Part shown: positions 60,601 to 64,000 of the stretch, piece after piece
How positions within the stretch are numbered: the stretch's first letter is position 1
How the letters are laid out: every line of letters begins with the position of its first letter
NCBI GenBank assembly: GCA_002104905.1
Contig: MCFE01000483.1
Span: forward strand, 4,108-68,107
DNA: 64,000 bases
Direction of reading: 5' to 3'
Source of the DNA: Basidiobolus meristosporus CBS 931.73
Lineage: Eukaryota > Fungi > Basidiobolomycota
Made by a program: the position numbers and the translations under genes
The notes under the pieces: generated by a model
Database searches by the model: none
What the model was told of the DNA's origin: nothing
The model's input: only the letters and a program-made list of their open reading frames with translations

Positions 60601-61550
60601 CTTATTATAGCCACCAATAACCTAGAAACATTGGAAGAGACTAAATCCAGCCTATCTAAGGAGTTCAAGATGTCTGATCTAGGAGAACTCAGTTCTCCAT
60701 AGACAGAAGTACCCAGACTATTACCCTAAGCCAATCCAAGTATATTCAAGATATACTAAAGAAGTACAAAATGGAAGACTGTAAACCGGCAGCTACCCCA
60801 ATGGAGACAAACCTTAACTTGGTCAAAACTCAACCAAATCAAGAGAGCGTGGTGCCATCTGAAAGCCCTGACTTTCCTTATCAATCTATGGTTGGCAGTC
60901 TGATGTATATCATGCTTGGAACACGTCCAGATATCTCATATTCAGTGGGAGTTGTCAGCCAACATAATCAGAATTATGGATCTAATCATATTGCAGCAGT
61001 TAAGCGGATTTTTAGATACCTAAAAGGAACTGCTGATATCTGCTTAAGATACACTTATAAGGATTCAGAACAGAATCTTGTGGGATACTCTGATGCTGAT
61101 TGGGGACAAAATTTAGAAGACAGAAGATCCACTACAGGATACACCTTTCTTTACTGTAAAGGAGCAATTTCATGGAATTCAAGAAAGCAACCAACCGTAG
61201 CACTTTCTACTACAGAGGCAGAGTATATGGCAGCCTGTGAAGCTACAAAAGAAGCAATGTGGTTAAGAAAGCTCTTTACAGATTTAGGCCTATGTCAAAA
61301 AATGCCTATTACTTTATTTCAAGATAATCAAGGATGTATACAATTAGGTAGAAATCCAACTTTTCATGCTAGAACCAAGCACATAGATATTAGACATCAT
61401 TTCATACGTGAAGCTATAGAGAGTAACTTAGTTAGCTTAGTTTACTGTCCTACAGATGAAATGATTGCAGACATATTTACCAAACCATTAGCTAGAGACA
61501 AGTTTGAATATCTTAGGTCAAAATTAGGACTAGTCAGTATGAACATTTAG
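57625..61550 (+). pseudogene. gag-pol polyprotein of the copia element, broken by TGA at 59362-59364 and a frameshifting deletion near 60693
   Basis: KLDGSNYQVW (Gag), CNYCKRKGHTSDRC (zinc knuckle), WYIDSGASQHL (PR), WHRRFGH..CEAC and HSDLCGP..DNGGEY..QNGVAE (IN), YVDDL (RT), YSDADWG..DIFTKPL (RH). Confidence 0.93.
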
Positions 61551-61561
61551 CTGAGTGGGAG
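61551..61561 (+). other. Polypurine tract (CTGAGTGGGAG)
   Basis: Purine-rich run immediately 5' of the 3' LTR. Confidence 0.75.
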
Positions 61562-63335
61562 TGTTGTAAAAATTCGTATTTCCACCTAAATATTCACCTA
61601 ACTTAGTCACTTAGATCATTACCTTCAAATCCTAGAAAATACTGACCAAATTCCTTGTCGGGATTTACTTAGAATATTTTCACCAAAATACCAGGTACCC
61701 AGAACATGAAAATTCTCAAAGTTGTCCAAACAGCCCCAAACTTTGCACACATGTTCTTGGGACCTTCCTTAACCTATTCTACGTGTTTGTAATGCCAAGA
61801 CCAGGTAAAAGTATAATTACTACTTTTACATTCAATAAATCATTAAGTGAAAACCACATAATCTACTTGTTCTCCCAATCACTTCCAATATCTCCAAGAC
61901 TCTTACAACATATTTTTGGTAAAAATAATCTAGTACATCCCAAAAAGGAATTTGGTCATTACTCTCTAAGAATTGAAGGTAATGATCTAAGTGACTAAGT
62001 TAGGTGACTGTTTAGTTGGAATTACAAGCTTTTACAACACTCATACTCAACTAAATGCCCATGCTGACTAGTCCTAAATGTGTCCTAAAATACTCAAATT
62101 TGCCTCTAGCTATGGTTTGGTAAATATGTCTGCAATAATTCCATCTGTAAGACATTAATCTAAGTTTACTAAGTCATTCTCTATAGCTTCACATATGAAA
62201 TGATGTCTAATATTTATGTTCTTAGTTTGAACATGAAAAGCTGACCTCTGCCTAATTGTGTACATCCTTGAATATCATGATATGAAGTAATAGGTGTTTT
62301 TGACATGTGCCTTAGTCGTTAAGAAACTTTCTTAGCCACATTGCTTCTTTTGCAGCTTCACAGGCTGTCATATACTCTGCCTCTGAAGTGAAAAGTGCTA
62401 TGGTTGGTTGCTTTCTTGAATTCTATGAAATTGCTCCTTTACAGTAAAGAAAGGTATATCCTGTAGTGGATCCTCTGTCTTCTAAATTCTGTCCCAATCA
62501 GTATCAGAGTACTCCACATAATTGTGTTCTGAATCCTTATAGGTGTGCCTTGAGCAGATATCAGTAGTTCCTTTTAGGTTTCTAAAATCTGCTTACTGCT
62601 GCAATATGATCAGATCCATAGCACCAATTATACTGGCTGACTACTGGATGTATTCCAAGCATGATATACATCATATTGTTGACCATAGAATGATTAAACA
62701 AATTCTGGAATCTCAGATGGCAACCAGCTCTCTTGATTTGGTATAGTTTTCATCAAGGTAAGGTTTTCTCCATAGGGGTGACTGCTGGCTTACAGACTTC
62801 CATCTGATACTATTCAAGTATATCTTAAATATACTTGGATTAGCTTAGGGTAATAGCCAGTGTACTTTTGCCAATGGTAAACTTTAACCCTAAATAGTAA
62901 CTGAGTTCCCCTAGACTGGACATCTTCAACTGCCCCCTATGTGAAATAATTGTGATGATCCCATCAGAAGGCCATCATAAAATTAAAGTCCCATGACTAA
63001 GAGGCATTGATCTCATCAGAACACCATGCAAAGACTGTTGAAAACCAATTACACCCCAGATTTTACAAAAAATTTGGTCAAAATTTTTCACCACAACAAT
63101 GCAGAAGTGGCTTTTGATTGATCCTCTGCCAATTCTCTCACTTGCTGATCTTAGACACTCAACCACCTCCTATGTTTGCATACATTGATTGGCTATTGCC
63201 TCTTTTTCACACTGATTACTTCCTGACTCAACTGAATCTCTTACTTTTCATGCATACAAATTGATTTATTTCCATTGTAACTTCAGTTGCACCTCAATTG
63301 CAAGTTGTATTAACCTATACTAAGTCCCTATACTC

Positions 63336-64000
63336 TGTTGTAAAAATTTGTAATTCCACCTAAATACTCACCTAACTTAGTCACTTAGATCATTACCCTC
63401 AAATCCTAGAGAATACTGACCAAATTCCTTGTTGGGATTTACTTAGAATATTTTCACCAAAATACCAGGTACCCAGAACATGAAAATTCTCAAAGTTGTC
63501 CAAACAGCCCTAGACTTTGCACACATGTTCTTGGGACCTTCCTTAACCTATTCTACGTGTTTGTAATGCCAAGACCATGTAAAAGCATAAATACTACTTT
63601 TACATTCAATAAATCATTAAGTGAAAACCACATAATCTACTTGTTATCCCAAATCACTTCCAATATCTCCAAGACTCTTACAACAGGTTATGAGCCCCAA
63701 GTTGTCACTCTCTGCAATGTCTACTACTGCTATTACTGGAATTTTTCCCTCTGCTGAAAAGTTGGATGGATCTAACTATCAAGTGTGGAAGGTGAAGATG
63801 AAGATGCTGCTACAAGAAAGAGGCCTTTGGGATATTGTCATGGGAGAAGAATGCCCTCCTAAAAACATGGGAGAGGAAGCCTTGAAGTACCAGAAGAAAG
63901 AACAAAGTGCCTTTAACTGCATTTGCCTTAATGTCAAGGACAAATTGCTAATTCAATGCTCAAGAGCAAAAACAGCAAAGAATGCCTGGAAAGCATTAGA
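63336..64000 (+). mobile_element. 5' part of another copia copy (LTR 63336-63685, PBS, start of gag), running off the window
   Basis: Collinear with 57245-57910; PBS GGTTATGAGCCCC at 63686; left flank TACTC (expected TSD). Confidence 0.93.

Larger units (their letters stand above)
57245..61910 (+). mobile_element. Full-length Ty1/copia LTR retrotransposon (4,666 bp), disabled; LTRs 57245-57593 and 61562-61910, TSD TATTT
   Basis: 349-bp LTRs with TG...CA ends and 3 visible differences; TATTT at 57240-57244 and 61911-61915; domain order Gag-PR-IN-RT-RH. Confidence 0.97.
57021..62940 (-). mobile_element. Older minus-strand copia element: 3' LTR (57021-57244 + 61916-62039, split by a younger insertion) and degenerate RT/RNase H (62040 to about 62940)
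   Basis: The two LTR pieces rejoin to about 348 bp. Reverse complement of 62040 onward gives a PPT-like tract and sequence collinear with 60650-61560, with many stops. Confidence 0.85.

Noticed and set aside
1-64000. tRNA, rRNA, snRNA genes and CRISPR arrays
   Set aside because: No cloverleaf with paired A/B boxes, rRNA signature or repeat-spacer array seen by eye; tRNAscan-SE and Infernal were not run.

Overview
Eukaryotic, fungal-type genomic DNA. Short GT-AG introns, a division-1 chitin synthase and Pcl/Clg1-type cyclins indicate a fungus; by inference an early-diverging lineage that still has CENP-A, so probably not Mucorales. A gene-containing core (about 3.8-54.5 kb) lies between CpG-depleted transposon blocks. 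Recognisable genes: four divergent Pho80/Pcl-family cyclins, a GT32 glycosyltransferase, chitin synthase, a histidine phosphatase, RPS5, indoleamine 2,3-dioxygenase, a tandem-domain fungal protein, ATP14, an otubain, an Atg38/NRBF2-like protein and CenH3/Cse4. The standout is an intronless ORF of about 1,200 aa fusing a complete FMN/FAD/NADPH diflavin reductase to a class I hybrid cluster protein (HCP), a candidate self-sufficient NO/hydroxylamine reductase. One Ty1/copia family dominates the repeats: a solo-LTR cluster at 14.0-15.6 kb and a nested pile at 56-64 kb containing a full-length but disabled element with TSD, copia-type half-tRNA PBS and PPT. Copies show a strong CpG>TpG/CpA decay signature. 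A 309-bp MITE with CCC termini and an AAT TSD lies at 650-958. All calls come from manual reading; no database searches were run.
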